A stretch of 62,843 nt of DNA, the filler included, from Rhabdomonas costata (taxonomy: Eukaryota): the NCBI GenBank assembly GCA_019059605.1. It is 53 parts of 53 records of this genome, joined end to end, with 100 filler letters (N's around TTAATTAATTAA, not from the genome) between each part and the next. Parts side by side here need not be neighbours in the genome. Positions count along the whole stretch, not along the records: positions 13,071 to 14,150 come from JAHMHO010029236.1; positions 14,251 to 15,338 come from JAHMHO010029237.1; positions 15,439 to 16,526 come from JAHMHO010029238.1; positions 16,627 to 17,714 come from JAHMHO010029239.1; positions 17,815 to 18,902 come from JAHMHO010029240.1; positions 19,003 to 20,093 come from JAHMHO010029241.1; positions 20,194 to 21,280 come from JAHMHO010029242.1; positions 21,381 to 22,468 come from JAHMHO010029243.1; 45 more parts are not named here. One strand, given 5' to 3'. A model generated the notes under the pieces. The model had not been told where the DNA came from and made no database searches. It saw nothing but the letters and a program-made list of their open reading frames with translations. How positions within the stretch are numbered: position 1 is the first letter of the stretch; every line of letters begins with the position of its first letter. The position numbers and the translations under genes were made by a program. Shown in pieces: positions 13,264 through 25,598 of this stretch.

Positions 13264-13479
13264 CTCGCAGACCCCTCCGGTGAGCTCCTCGAGCTGCCTG
13301 GGCAGGGCCACCCCGGCCTGGGCCAGCTTGTCGTACCCCCCGGCCCACTTCGCGTACGCCTTGTGCAGCAGGCTGACCCAGATCGCGTGGGGATTGCGGC
13401 TGTGCAGCAGTGCAAGTCGGCGCACCGAGGGCTGCGGGGGCGGCTGCAGCACAAGGGTGACCGCTGATAGGGTTTGGAT
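13264..13479 (-). CDS. Calpain-like (CysPc) domain exon
   Basis: SRNPHAIWVSLLHKAYAKWAGGYDKL...LEELTGGVCE matches the calpain W.SLLEKAYAKLHGSYE.L...L.DLTGG motif; ctcCAG acceptor, GTTCGC donor. Confidence 0.85.
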
Positions 13480-14250
13480 CTGAGGAGAAAGCGCGTTAAT
13501 GCACAGCACGTCGGCTCGTTTGTATTTATATCCGTTTACCTTCTTTCGTCCCCTGCTTTGTTTGATCTCTCTTACAACGCTTTACGTAAGGACACGAGTC
13601 ACCTACGCTTAACAAAGGGCCCGAGGCGGGAAATTCATCCATAAGCTCGAGAATGCGCCAAAAGAAGCCGATCCCAAATTCACCACCCAGGCAACTGAAT
13701 ACGTTGAATACGTCACGCACTAGTGCAGCAGCGCTTTTTTTCCGGCGACAAACCATGGCGCCCACTCTCGCATGCCCACGCAGAGGGAGAGAGAAATCCT
13801 CTGGGAGTTCGCCGAGACAGACTACGTTCTGATGAGCTCTCTGCGACGGCTTTCGGATGGATGGAACCTTTCTAAGCACCCGATTTGCGAGACTGTTCGC
13901 CGGCCTCTGACTGCGTGATGACACTTAAACGAATTAAACGATGTACAATATACTCCCGCAGAATAGAATCAAACACACCATTAGGTGTGTTGTATTGGTA
14001 CCGACCGTGACAGCAGTGTTCTGTATGCGCTCAGAAAGGTCAAAGGTGATCAGAACATCGAAAAGACTACCCAGCGACCGGCCCTTTTTGGTTCAGCTGA
14101 TTATTTCAGTCCGGCTCGGCTGACTCTTTCCCCCCCCCCCCCAAAAAAAANNNNNNNNNNNNNNNNNNNNNNNNNNNNNNNNNNNNNNNNNNNNTTAATT
14201 AATTAANNNNNNNNNNNNNNNNNNNNNNNNNNNNNNNNNNNNNNNNNNNN

Positions 14251-14678
14251 CATGACTGTACTACGCTTTGTGTTCTCAGGGTGTCAGAGGGTTCTTCGTT
14301 TCTGTGGAGGTCTGGGGTTCGAGGGTCTGGATTTCTGAGGTCACGTGAGGGTTTTACGTCTGAAGGTGAGAGGGTGAAGTGAGGCCTTGACGTGATGCCT
14401 TGAGACCTTTCACGTACCCTGAGGCATTCCTCCGACTCCCAACCATCCTCGCCTCGGGAACACTCACCCTCACCTTCTACGCATTCTTGGGTGCCTTGAT
14501 GCATTCCTGACCCTTGATGCATGACTTCTGTCTTTCTTGCTTCTGTGAGGGATTTACGGATGTTGAGGTGTTGGAATTCTGGGTGTGGGGATTTCAGGAC
14601 GTAGGGGTATTTCTTGAGTAGGGGCATTTCTATCTGCGATGCCTTTACTACTCGGTCATGCCTTCGTTCCTCAGACAT
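14251..14678 (-). CDS. Intronless ORF of unknown origin, open to contig edge
   Basis: About 142 open codons from ATG. A-rich codons differ from host exons; no recognised motif. Confidence 0.3.
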
Positions 14679-15587
14679 GCCCTCTTTTATGCGTAGGGTA
14701 AATGCCGATTCTATGACATCCTCGACTTGGGAGCACTAACTACTCCTCATGACCGCTACGCACTCATGCTACGTGATGTAAGGGTGTATTTTAGATGCTA
14801 GGGGGTATTTTGTGTTTATGCTGGTCGTCACTCCCTTCGGTCGTTCCTCCCTAGATGTGGTGGTTCATGCATTCCGCCACCATAAGGTGCCTCCATGCAT
14901 TCACGAACTCAGAAGAAGGAAGAGGGATTCCTGATACCCCATGCCTTACTCACTACGTGTCGTAAGTCATGGGGCCCCTAGAAAGAAGAATAGAGTAGCC
15001 GGTCGTATACTCGCATGCACTCGTATACGACCAGCAAATAAAATAGGCATTTTTATGCTTTTTTACCCCTAGATGCCCCTAGGCCCACATCTCCTGCATC
15101 TATCATCACCTTTTACACCCCCAGGGGGGGTAGGGTATGGAGGTCCCTTGTCAGCCAACATGTGCACCCCCCTCCCATTTCTACCCCGGGTATTTTTCAC
15201 TGACCCTAGACACCAACTTTTACCCTCTGGTGGGTCTATGGGGGGTGCACCTGTCCCTGCGCCCCATCTTCGAATTCTGGGTGGTGGTGGGTATTTTTTT
15301 CGTGTCGTTATTTAAGTTCTGGCGCAGGGAGGATACATNNNNNNNNNNNNNNNNNNNNNNNNNNNNNNNNNNNNNNNNNNNNTTAATTAATTAANNNNNN
15401 NNNNNNNNNNNNNNNNNNNNNNNNNNNNNNNNNNNNNNGGGGTGCTGGATGGCTGGAAGAAACCACAAACGGAAAGAGAACGTCTTTTCTCCTTTGCGGT
15501 GGAGTATAAAGTCGCCATTACCACACGGAACGGGCATGCCATACACTTCCCAGCGCAGAGAGGGCTGTGTCATGCGCAGTCGCTCAC

Positions 15588-16377
15588 CTGTACGTCCGGG
15601 GGGAACGAACTGATTGCGGAGGATGTCCTGCAGGCTCCACACAATCTCCCGGGGGTCCGCACCAGCGCGGAGGGCACTCCCGTCGGCCATGCCCGTGCGG
15701 TGCTTCCAGTGTGGCAGCTCCCCCAGGTGCACCGGCGCCACGGCGTCCCGGGAGCTAGGCACCACCCAGGTCACCACCTCCGGAGCCACCGGTTTTGGTT
15801 CGTCATTACGATAGGCAGCTGGGCTAAGCTCTGCAGCTCGCGATGCGTCCTGTGGTGACTGTGAGAAGGATGAGCTGAATACGTTCCTGCGAACCCCTGG
15901 GGTAAAACTTGCCGCATTTCAGAGGGCGGGTAAAGCACGGATTGTGGTATGAAGACACAGCAGCTAGAAAACCAGTTTGAAAGGTGTCGACACCAACTTA
16001 AGCGGAAGCAAGGATGGGATGGGATGGGATGTTTGCCCCTTCTCCACCCACCGCCATCAATATGCACAAGCTGACAGAAGCGCTTTAGTTTGTTTTAGTT
16101 TAGTTTAGTTTAGCACCCCCCCCCCTGGCGCACGGAGACCGGGTTACATCACTCCGTGAGCCTCACATCAAAGGACCCGCGCAATCCAGGAAAGGGTGAG
16201 ATCAAAGGAAAAAGTGCGAGGCCCAGGTGGAGAACAAGAAGGTGAGGCAACCTTCAACGGGGACATCCCGGAGGTGCGGTCCCCTCCAAAGACAACCCCG
16301 AACCATAAGCACACGGCAGCGGCGAAGAGCAAGCCAGCGGCTATCCCACGCCTCCAGCTACCGCGCCAGCACCCCAT
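15588..16377 (-). CDS. Type II membrane protein, possible Golgi glycosyltransferase; exons 16377-16252 and 15849-15588
   Basis: MGCWRGSWRRGIAAGLLFAAAVCLWFGVVFGG (basic tail plus TM). Phase-0 intron GTTGCC...CAG joins a stem region ending LQDILRNQFVP, weakly GT23/FUT8-like. Confidence 0.55.
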
Positions 16378-19300
16378 CCACCGCTGAGGTGGAGGGGTGA
16401 AAAGTAGCCCTTGCATCACTTAAAAAAGTGGATACCCCTGAAACCACTGAAAAAATCCAGTAATCAGACTGGTGAGCACTAAAGTACTGGTCCACCCCCC
16501 CCTCCAGCTCGAATACACACAAACACNNNNNNNNNNNNNNNNNNNNNNNNNNNNNNNNNNNNNNNNNNNNTTAATTAATTAANNNNNNNNNNNNNNNNNN
16601 NNNNNNNNNNNNNNNNNNNNNNNNNNAATACCGCCTCACCACCAACCCTTCCACGAGCAGAGTGAACACATGGCGCGCTGATGGATCTGAGTGATGTGAC
16701 AGATGCTGTCATCTAGAAGCTCTGGTGTCGACTGGACGGGTGTATACAAGTCTGGAGCACGCAACCGACCTGACAACCGGACAATTCACAGGCATACTTA
16801 CGCAGATCCACTTTTCTTCAACCCGTGAGAAGGTGGTACTCCTCTAAGCACAACATCGCCACACCTGGCGGTCGATCCTGGAGGTGCTTGCGGTGGAGCT
16901 GGCCCGGGTCAGCAAAAAGCCCGGCGGAGGCCCCGTAAGAACGTTGCGCACCACCCGCACAGACGCCGAGGAGGACCGCGGCTTCGCGCCCCCTCCCGCG
17001 CTACAGCCGTTGCCCGGGGACCCCTCCGAGGGCTTCGCAACCGGGGGGAGGCAAGCCTGCCAAAGAGCGTCCAAAGGGAGAGTTGCAAAACAGCAAATTT
17101 AATTACGACATCTCAGAGGAGAACTTTCGAGTTGTTGGGGAAATGTGGGAAAATTCTCCCCCCCCCCCAATAAAATAGTTCCTCGACAAATGATAAATAC
17201 ATACGGACCTTCAGCGCGGAGAGGCTGCGCAAAAGGCTGTGCAGGCCCACCTCCAGCCCACAGGGATGCTCCGAGGGAGCCCACTGGATGCAATCGAAGT
17301 CCATCGACCCTGCGCGCAAACCACACCGGAGGGAGGATATCTAACATTCCCAGCACAACTTCTGCCCACTCGCGGATACTTTTAAGGAAAGAGAAACAGT
17401 CATTGGTATCTTTTTCGAGCGGTGATGAAGTCATACAGTTTGTTCATGTTCCGATGCGAGGTGAGGTTAGTCTTGAAGGTGAAGTTAGTCTAAAGAAGGA
17501 CAGATGCAGAGAGAGAGAGTGCGGCTTGACATCATCATCACTGCATAAGCACCTGTCGGGCACCAAAGGAACAGAATCAGATACAGGGGGCTGCCCAAGA
17601 GGTCCTTCACAAACCGAGCGGATTGGTGCTTGAGTTTCAATCGGAGGAAGCAACCTGCCCTTCGGTTTGACTGCCGGCACCCCTACTATTCACTCGCAAG
17701 AGCTCACAAACCCCNNNNNNNNNNNNNNNNNNNNNNNNNNNNNNNNNNNNNNNNNNNNTTAATTAATTAANNNNNNNNNNNNNNNNNNNNNNNNNNNNNN
17801 NNNNNNNNNNNNNNTTTTTGGTTGTATACCAATCTTTCGACCCCCTTTTCCTTCGGGGCGGGTGATGCATTCAACGGTGGGTGGGCCAAAGGGCACGTCA
17901 GGTGATTGGGTGGCTGCAGCAACAAAACCCCCTCACTGCTACAGCCACAGCCACTGGATGGTTTTACAAAAGAACGAGCTGGTGTGAGTGAGTTCGAATA
18001 AGGTGCCTGTGCTTGAGCAGCCTGGACCTGGACCACGGTGATAAGAGAGGGACTGAGTGCTTCTCTAACGGAGAACTTCAACGTATGTTTTTTCTTCACA
18101 TTTTTCACTTTTCCGTTTCTTTTCCACTTTTTTAAGTAAAGCGTAAGCTTATCATTGAGGGGGTTACTCCCCTCCAGGCCTATTGTTTTTGGTCACCTGA
18201 GCCGGCAGCCAGAAGGTCTGAGCCGGCAGCCAGAAGAGAGAAAGGCACTGCTCCGGCCGAGGCCACACTGGGAACCTCCCGTTTCCACTTTCTCTCACGT
18301 TTTTTACTCTTAAAAATGTTATTTTCTGATAGGAAAATGCGTTTGGACGGTTGAAAATACATGTACAGGTACATGTAATAATACATGTTCCAGCGGTTGG
18401 GGTTGCATCCCCTGCGAATCACACTTACTGAAGGGATAAGGCAGCAAGTGCGGCTTCAGTAACTGGGCGCTGGGGAAGAGGCAGTTGCGCGCACCTTTTC
18501 ACAGGGCTGCTCATTACTCATGACTGATGAGGCCCTGTTTACTTCGGGGGGCACTGTGCAATAAAACTGCGCAGGTGCGGAGAATGAAATACCTCTCCTA
18601 ACCACCTTACGGAGAAGCCCGACCACCACACATGTGCCACTGCTTACCCGTAACCGCCGAACACCACTTCGCTCATTTTGTGGCACTTTTGAGGTTTCCG
18701 CGTCATGTTACTATGACTTTCACACCAAAACTCCATTCCTACCTACAATATTCGGACACAAAGTGGATGCAATCAGAATAACCCCCGACAGTTTTGTAAC
18801 AATGTTTAGTCGACTCATATTATTTCCTCTAGGAAGGGGAAGAGTGACTGAAACACAATCGTGAAGCTACGAATTCCTGCAGAAGCTGCATAAACCCAAC
18901 ACNNNNNNNNNNNNNNNNNNNNNNNNNNNNNNNNNNNNNNNNNNNNTTAATTAATTAANNNNNNNNNNNNNNNNNNNNNNNNNNNNNNNNNNNNNNNNNN
19001 NNTGGTGCGCAAAACACGCACGAAAGGTAAGAAATGTTCCCATGTTCGTGTTTTTTTATTATCTTTTTATTTTACGTTGTGATGCTATTTTTTCTTTTCC
19101 AAAATGGCGTACCCATCATTGGGGTGGCTTCTTCCTCCGGGTCGCTCTATTTTCTCTTCTGTTTTCGCCAGTGCTGAATTTGGGGCGAGAGTTCTCCTGC
19201 CGACACAGGGAGAGGTAGGGGATGCAGGGAGCACCGTACCAGCCCGCAATGCACGGGCCTCCTGCCAGCCAGCTTTTGAGAAGGGGAGGAAACCCGTCCG

Positions 19301-20208
19301 AAGACGGTCTCTTTGTCCGGGTCCACGCAAAGTCAACCAAACGAAGAACAAACGTGGTGGGGTGGTGGTGCTGTTGTAGTTTAGTGTGGTACCAGAGTGG
19401 TTGACGTGGGAAGGGGGTTATGAAGTAAGCACGTCAAACGACCGAACCAGACCAGTCGCTTTTTATGTTGCCTTTTGCCGATGACATTAAGAAATACGGT
19501 TTAGGGGGAAGGTTTTTACAGTCTGTCATAGCGTTTTTTTTCCGCGGGTCATTTTTTGGTGCAGTGGAAATGGGGGGAGGGAGGGGTGTGACGGTTGACA
19601 TAGACTCGTTTTATTGTGGAGGATGCTCCCTTTTCTGCCCTTTGCAAGTCTTTCTTCTTTGGCTCGACTCGATAGAGTCAAGGCCGGCCTATTTTGCTGG
19701 TGTCGACTCAAAGGGAGGGAATCGGTTGCACATAAGGTCAGGTGGATAAGCGTGTGAATCTGCTCGCATTGCAGATCAGCCAGATGTTCTGCCCAGCCCT
19801 GCCGCCGATGAAGCTCAGGACTTGATCGAGGCATGCCCCTCTCCTCCCCTCTACTGTCCCTCCAGCTCTCATCCATTGCGCGGGTCTCACCACGCCGGCA
19901 AAAGAGATGGGGGCTGCCCACAAGTCCCCTCTTTCTTTTTTCGGGGCTCTTTGCCGGCGCTCGAGTCTTTTTACCACCGAAAGTACCTTGTAAAGGTTCT
20001 CAGGAACTCTTTGGAAAAAACTTGTGCTGCTGAACATCGGGCATTGTACAGAATTCAAATGAAATTCTCACCTACCTGGTGAGGCTCCCAGCTNNNNNNN
20101 NNNNNNNNNNNNNNNNNNNNNNNNNNNNNNNNNNNNNTTAATTAATTAANNNNNNNNNNNNNNNNNNNNNNNNNNNNNNNNNNNNNNNNNNNNGGTTTGG
20201 GTGGCCAG

Positions 20209-20818
20209 GCGACGCGCGGGCTCTGCGGCAGCTGGGCGCCATGCTGGCCGTGCCTTGGACTGGGTCTACAGACCGTGGACCTGCCCCTGTACGGCCTTCT
20301 CTTCGTGATTCAGCAGAGCCGCCTCGCCCTGCACAGCATCGGTGCCTGGGAGTGGGATCTCGATGGGTGGGCATGTCCAGCCAGTCAGTCAGCATGCCAG
20401 CCAGCTAACCAGTAGACTCCGGGGACATCACAAGGGACGTCAGCTGACCGATCCAGCAGCCGTGTAGTAGGTTCCGCGCCATGCACTTAACACTCGAAAC
20501 CTCTCCCGCGGAAGATCGTCGTCGCAACGAAGGTCCGAGTTTGTGAAAATCCTTCCCCCCCCCTACACTTGTATTCATCCATAGCAAGAGAACCGTTTTT
20601 CTACCAGAATTACGGTCGTGCCAGCTTGGGGCCAAAGAGATATCGTCACGTGAGCTCAGGTTTACTTTTTTCTGGCCATGGTGGTGGTTTGTTTCGTTTG
20701 GGCAGGAAAAAGCGTGCAGCTGCTGGTGTTCAGCACTCTTATGGTGTACTTCACCCACCTCCTGTCCATACTGCTGTTCCTTCCCCCTGTCCTCACCGGC
20801 CTGCAGACGATGTGGCTG
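20209..20818 (+). CDS. TMEM94: TMEM94-like (P-type ATPase C-terminal-like) membrane protein; exons 20209-20341 and 20706-20818
   Basis: Spliced LFVIQQSRLALHSIGKSVQLLVFSTLMVYFTHLLSILLFLPPVLTGLQTMWL parallels recalled TMEM94 LIEQARHATYGIRKCFLFLL...LVQLPPLLSTTDILWL; phase-1 GT-AG intron. Confidence 0.65.
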
Positions 20819-21385
20819 GTTGCTGCCTTTCTCACACCAAACCCCTGCTTTCTTGCGAGAAGTAAACAAGAGGCGATAAAAAAGTGTTGGGGTGGCGTGA
20901 AGGGTGCTCTGAGAAGCTGTGGGATTTCCCTTTCCGCGTAATTTGCATCCTACAACAGGGACACCAAAGCTAGAAGGCGCAAGCGATACTGATTTACCGA
21001 TTGCTAGAAGACCCCCATGGATGTGGCATTGTTTATCATATCATGAAGGATGATAAAAGAGAGTGGCGCTGTACTTTCATCTATTTTCCTTTCCCTTTGT
21101 CGGCCTTCTTCCCATTGAGCTGGCTTTCGCTCTTCTTCTCGAAGTTCTTCTTGGTGCATTCATATTAAAGAAGAAACAAATGTGGAGGATTGCCAAGGGC
21201 CTTATCGAAAAATGTTGGCACACAGGCCTTCGCCATGCTTCCGTGGCTCTCCGTAGCGATCTCACACACCGACGAGGCAGNNNNNNNNNNNNNNNNNNNN
21301 NNNNNNNNNNNNNNNNNNNNNNNNTTAATTAATTAANNNNNNNNNNNNNNNNNNNNNNNNNNNNNNNNNNNNNNNNNNNNTTGTT

Positions 21386-21679
21386 TTTGTAAAGTGCAGG
21401 TTATGCTGTTTGTGCTGGTTATGCTGAACTGAATGCTACAATATGATGTGAACGACGCTTCAACGGTCTTCTCAGAGTATATCCGCTGGGTAGCGCAAGA
21501 AAATCAAGAAGACAATCCATACCGACGTCTGACTGGTACATTAAATTAGGGAAAGGCTGTAATTTGTAAAGTGCAGGTTATGCTGTTTGTGCTGGTTATG
21601 CTGAACTGAATGCTACAATATGATGTGAACGACGCTTCAACGGTCTTCTCAGAGTATATCCGCTGGGTAGCGCAAGAAA
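21386..21679 (+). repeat. 117-bp exact direct repeat (21386-21502, 21563-21679) at contig start
   Basis: TTTGTAAAGTGCAGGTTATGCTG...GCGCAAGAAA read twice, 60 bp apart. Confidence 0.9.
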
Positions 21680-22396
21680 GGAGGACACAAAAAAAAAGGT
21701 CCGGTTTTTTTTTTAGTTTCTTTCGCTTTTCTTCCTCCCTTTATGTCGGCTCCCAGTCCGTACGACGGCACAGCTGTCCATCAGACACCAGCAACAAGGT
21801 TCATCCGAACTTGATGTTCTGACAAATAAGAAGCTTTCATCGTTCCAAAAAGGCCTTGATAAACCCCACTTCCACTTGGATGGGAGCGTGAAGAAGTGCA
21901 AGTATCTGAACAGCATCACTGGAGCACATCCCACGTTACCTGGTGATAGTGGTGGCGTCATGGGGCAATGTTAGTCCATTATAAGGTCACTCTGAGTGGC
22001 AAGATTTGGAACCTGTTGGAAACTTTTAGTGGTCAGGTTTGTCAAATTTCAAAAAAAAAAAATACGTGTTGCGTTGTTACGTTGCTTCCTGGCCTGAAGA
22101 CCAAGGTTCATATTTCAGGCACCTTCACTGTAGCGGACCAGAGTACCGTAAAGGTATTGTTGATGGATCGGATTAATGGATCAGGACCGTTTTTTTTGCA
22201 GCAAAAACAAAGGATGATCAGAAATGGATCAACCGCGGCCATCCTTTAGAGATGGGATGGGAAAAGGCTTCAACGTCGAAGCTGGTCCATTCTTCCATTA
22301 TTTGCTTTTGTCCATCATCAAACTTTTACAGTGTCTGTGTGTGAAGCCGTTTACCATTATTAATTGTACATCCTTTGTTGCAGACGTTCTAGTAAC

Positions 22397-22464
22397 GTTG
22401 GTTAGTTATTTATGAAGCATGGAAAACTGCAACGTTTTGCATGCTTCATAAATAACTAACCAAC
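22397..22464. repeat. Contig-terminal fold-back inverted repeat
   Basis: 25-bp perfect arms 22397-22421 and 22440-22464 ending at the C/A tail. Confidence 0.8.
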
Positions 22465-22568
22465 CCACNNNNNNNNNNNNNNNNNNNNNNNNNNNNNNNN
22501 NNNNNNNNNNNNTTAATTAATTAANNNNNNNNNNNNNNNNNNNNNNNNNNNNNNNNNNNNNNNNNNNN

Positions 22569-23028
22569 GGGTGACAAATGGGGCCGCGGACGTTCCGTCA
22601 GAAAGGACCGCTCCGCACTGCGGCTTGCGCTCATCAAATGTGCCATCACATCCTCTAGCAGGATCCGCACCGCGGGCTCCACAAAGAGAGCGCAGTTCTG
22701 TGACAGCACGTCTGTCAACAATATAGTCAGGTTCTGCAGGGTCTGACGCAAAGCCACAGCCTGGGCACGGGTGCGGCTGATGCTCCGCAGCATTTGCTCT
22801 GGATGCTCGCACGTGAAGATCTGAGAACCGAGAAAAGCGACCTCCACAACACAATGGCAAAAGAAAAAATACTGACACTGGCGCTGGGGGCGGTGTGCCA
22901 TCCTGGCCTGGCCTGGACAGGAAGAAAGCATCATAGGAAAGCACACCGGAAAGCCTCCGCTCAAAATGAAGCTGCGCAAAGTTTTTGTGAAGTGGAAAAG
23001 TTCCCAGAAACACTGAAGGTCTCCATAT
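22569..23028 (-). CDS. Two probable exons (23028-22947, 22820-22569) of unidentified helical protein
   Basis: YGDLQCFWELFHFTKTLRSFILSGGFP|IFTCEHPEQMLRSISRTRAQAVALRQTLQNL; GTGTGC...CAG phase 0. Confidence 0.4.
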
Positions 23029-23756
23029 CTACGCCAACCCAGAGAAGAAGCTGTCCGATTCATCCCAGAAGTTCAACCTTGCTGGCACTGGCATCAATGG
23101 GATGTCATCATGAGTTCGGTGACGTTAGGTATGAATTGGGTGGTGGTGCCCTGGTTCCCTGGTCCCGCAACGAATACCTCGCGCTACCAAATCTTACCAT
23201 GTCATGTCATACCATACCATACCATGGCATACCGTACCATTTCGTCCAAGTCCTGTGATATTACGGAAAGCTGCGAACAATGCACCACCAGAAGGTCGAC
23301 ATGGCTATCCAGAAGTGCGTACAGAACCCAAGATGAACAGGAACCGATCGGAGACCCTGGGGAAAGTTTGTAGGCAGGTGGCCCTGCACCGCTGGCCCCG
23401 CTGGAGCGACTGCAAGCAACGTGCGGGTGGCACCCGTTCACCCTCATAAATTGCGTAAAAACCAGCACCCAAACATACGTACGTAAGTACGCGAAGCAAA
23501 TGTGGGCACACCCCAATACACGCTTCCCACACAAACTGAAGAAACCAAGTAATGAACGGTTCCTGTCTAAACAGCAGCACAAAACGATCCTTGCCCCAAA
23601 CAACTAAAGGACAAGGAAAGCCCTTTCTCTTCGGAATTGCCTTCTCCAACCAGATTNNNNNNNNNNNNNNNNNNNNNNNNNNNNNNNNNNNNNNNNNNNN
23701 TTAATTAATTAANNNNNNNNNNNNNNNNNNNNNNNNNNNNNNNNNNNNNNNNNNNN

Positions 23757-24039
23757 CTCGCTGGTGCTGGAGATCTCCATGGATGAGATTCGCGAGGACA
23801 TCCTGAAGCAGCTTGGCAAGGAGGGCATGCTGATCAACGCAAACCTGAACGGCTCCACGGAGGTTCTTCTTGCCCGCTCTACTGTGGTGAATGGGACGGA
23901 GGGGTTCTCGTTCCTGACCACGCCGAAGTACTACGACAGCGCGTGCCACCCTAAATGCCCCGGCCCATCGTCGGCGATGCTGCATGCTGTGGTGCAGTGC
24001 CAGACGGGCAGCGGGTTTATGACGGACTACCGGTATTGA
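23757..24039 (+). CDS. C-terminal coding segment of unidentified protein followed by U-rich 3' UTR
   Basis: Open GC3-rich frame LEISMDEIREDILKQLGKEG...GFMTDYRY* followed by T-rich sequence. Confidence 0.65.
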
Positions 24040-25457
24040 AACTAGTCCTTTTTTTGTTGATTGTTCTGTGAATTTTGGGATCTGACGTCATTGCATACTC
24101 TTATGTGCGGGTTTTAGAGTGAGCTTTTGTTTTACTGCTTTTTTTGTGCTCTGGAGAAAATGTCTTTATATAAAAGAATCCCTGGGTTTGGGTAGTAGCG
24201 TTGTTGTTTCGTACGCGCAATAGGACGCAAACACGGCGCTTCTCTACTTTTAGTAACGTGTCCGTGCTGGCGGCCTACGTTTGCCTTCCTCGACTGGGCG
24301 CAGGTTCTATCTCCTTTTCTTTCCTGCTATGAAAGAAATTACGACTTGGATGGAGGACTCCCCCCCCCAGTTGGTTTGCGCCTTTTCGGGCTTTTTTTTT
24401 ACCCGACAAGGGGCTGTATAAGCACTTTGTTGTTCCTTTTCTAACATGCACATTCCGCCAGGTTGACTTTCTGACAAATTCCTTTTGTCCCTTGGTTTGG
24501 ATGTGGCGAAAGACAGGATAATCACCACAAAAAGAGCGTGACCTTCCGACAGCACAACGCTCGGTGTTTGTGCGGTGCGCGTCATCTCAAAAGTTATAGG
24601 ATATAGAGGTAAAACTTGACTTTGCACCCCCACCCCAACCCACTTTTTTAGCTTCGAAGTCCGAACGTGCGGGATTTAGAGTGTACTACTTTCGATTGCG
24701 AGTTTATGAGGTGACGCGGACAAAACTTGTCAAAAGGGATGGGGTTTCGGACCCGCGGGTGAGCCCCGTGCTCGGCGATTCTCGGGCTGCTCCGTGGCAC
24801 CTCGTGAGGCAACTAGACCACACACCGAAGTGAAACACACACAANNNNNNNNNNNNNNNNNNNNNNNNNNNNNNNNNNNNNNNNNNNNTTAATTAATTAA
24901 NNNNNNNNNNNNNNNNNNNNNNNNNNNNNNNNNNNNNNNNNNNNTTTTTTGGGGAGACCCTCATGATGATTGGTCCTGGTCTGGGTGGAGTTGAGCTATA
25001 CTTTGGGGTCTTTTCTAAGTACATGTACCCTCCTGAAACTCGTGAAGCCACCCTTGCACAACGCACGATGCCAGCACTTTGTGGCTCTCCCTTGTTGCCT
25101 TTTCGCAGGGGTGGCTCGACGGCAAGCTGATACGCCCAAAACTTCATGAGATAAGGTCTGTGATGGTCTGCGTGCAACGGCAAGACAGAAGCGAGGATAA
25201 GAGCAGTCTTGTCTGCCCCGTGGGCTCTGGTGAACTGGCGACACTTAGGAATGTCTTAGGCATGGCTGTTGGCCGTTCCAAGGAGCTGGCAATGCCAGTG
25301 AGCGTATTCCAAAGATTGCTCGAAAAAACAGTGCAAAGTGGGGGAAAGACGGAAAGACGAACTCCCCGGGCGCAGCAGAGGATCGCTTCAGTGATTCGGT
25401 TCTTTCCACTCAGGAAGAAATGGTTGAAGATGGGTTCAGGGAGAAGGCCCCACACGC

Positions 25458-25598
25458 CTGGCAATTGATGCGGTGGTACACCGTCTCGCTCTGCTTCCAT
25501 TCCTCCGTGAGCTGATCCACCTCGGCCTGCAGCCGAGCCAGCTCGGCATCCAGCTCGCCCTTCTGGAGGTCGTACAGCTCCTTCTTCTGCATCAGCTC
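25458..25598 (-). CDS. IFT81: Intraflagellar transport protein 81, C-terminal coiled-coil exon
   Basis: ELMQKKELYDLQKGELDAELARLQAEVDQLTEEWKQSETVYHRINCQ aligns with recalled IFT81 EKKSQYD...LESNRSKLEQEVRRLREE..QEESRYHYTNC. Confidence 0.72.

Noticed and set aside
21925..21962. TLPGDSGG as a trypsin-like protease active site
   Set aside because: A stop codon follows within a few codons and no His/Asp motifs are present.
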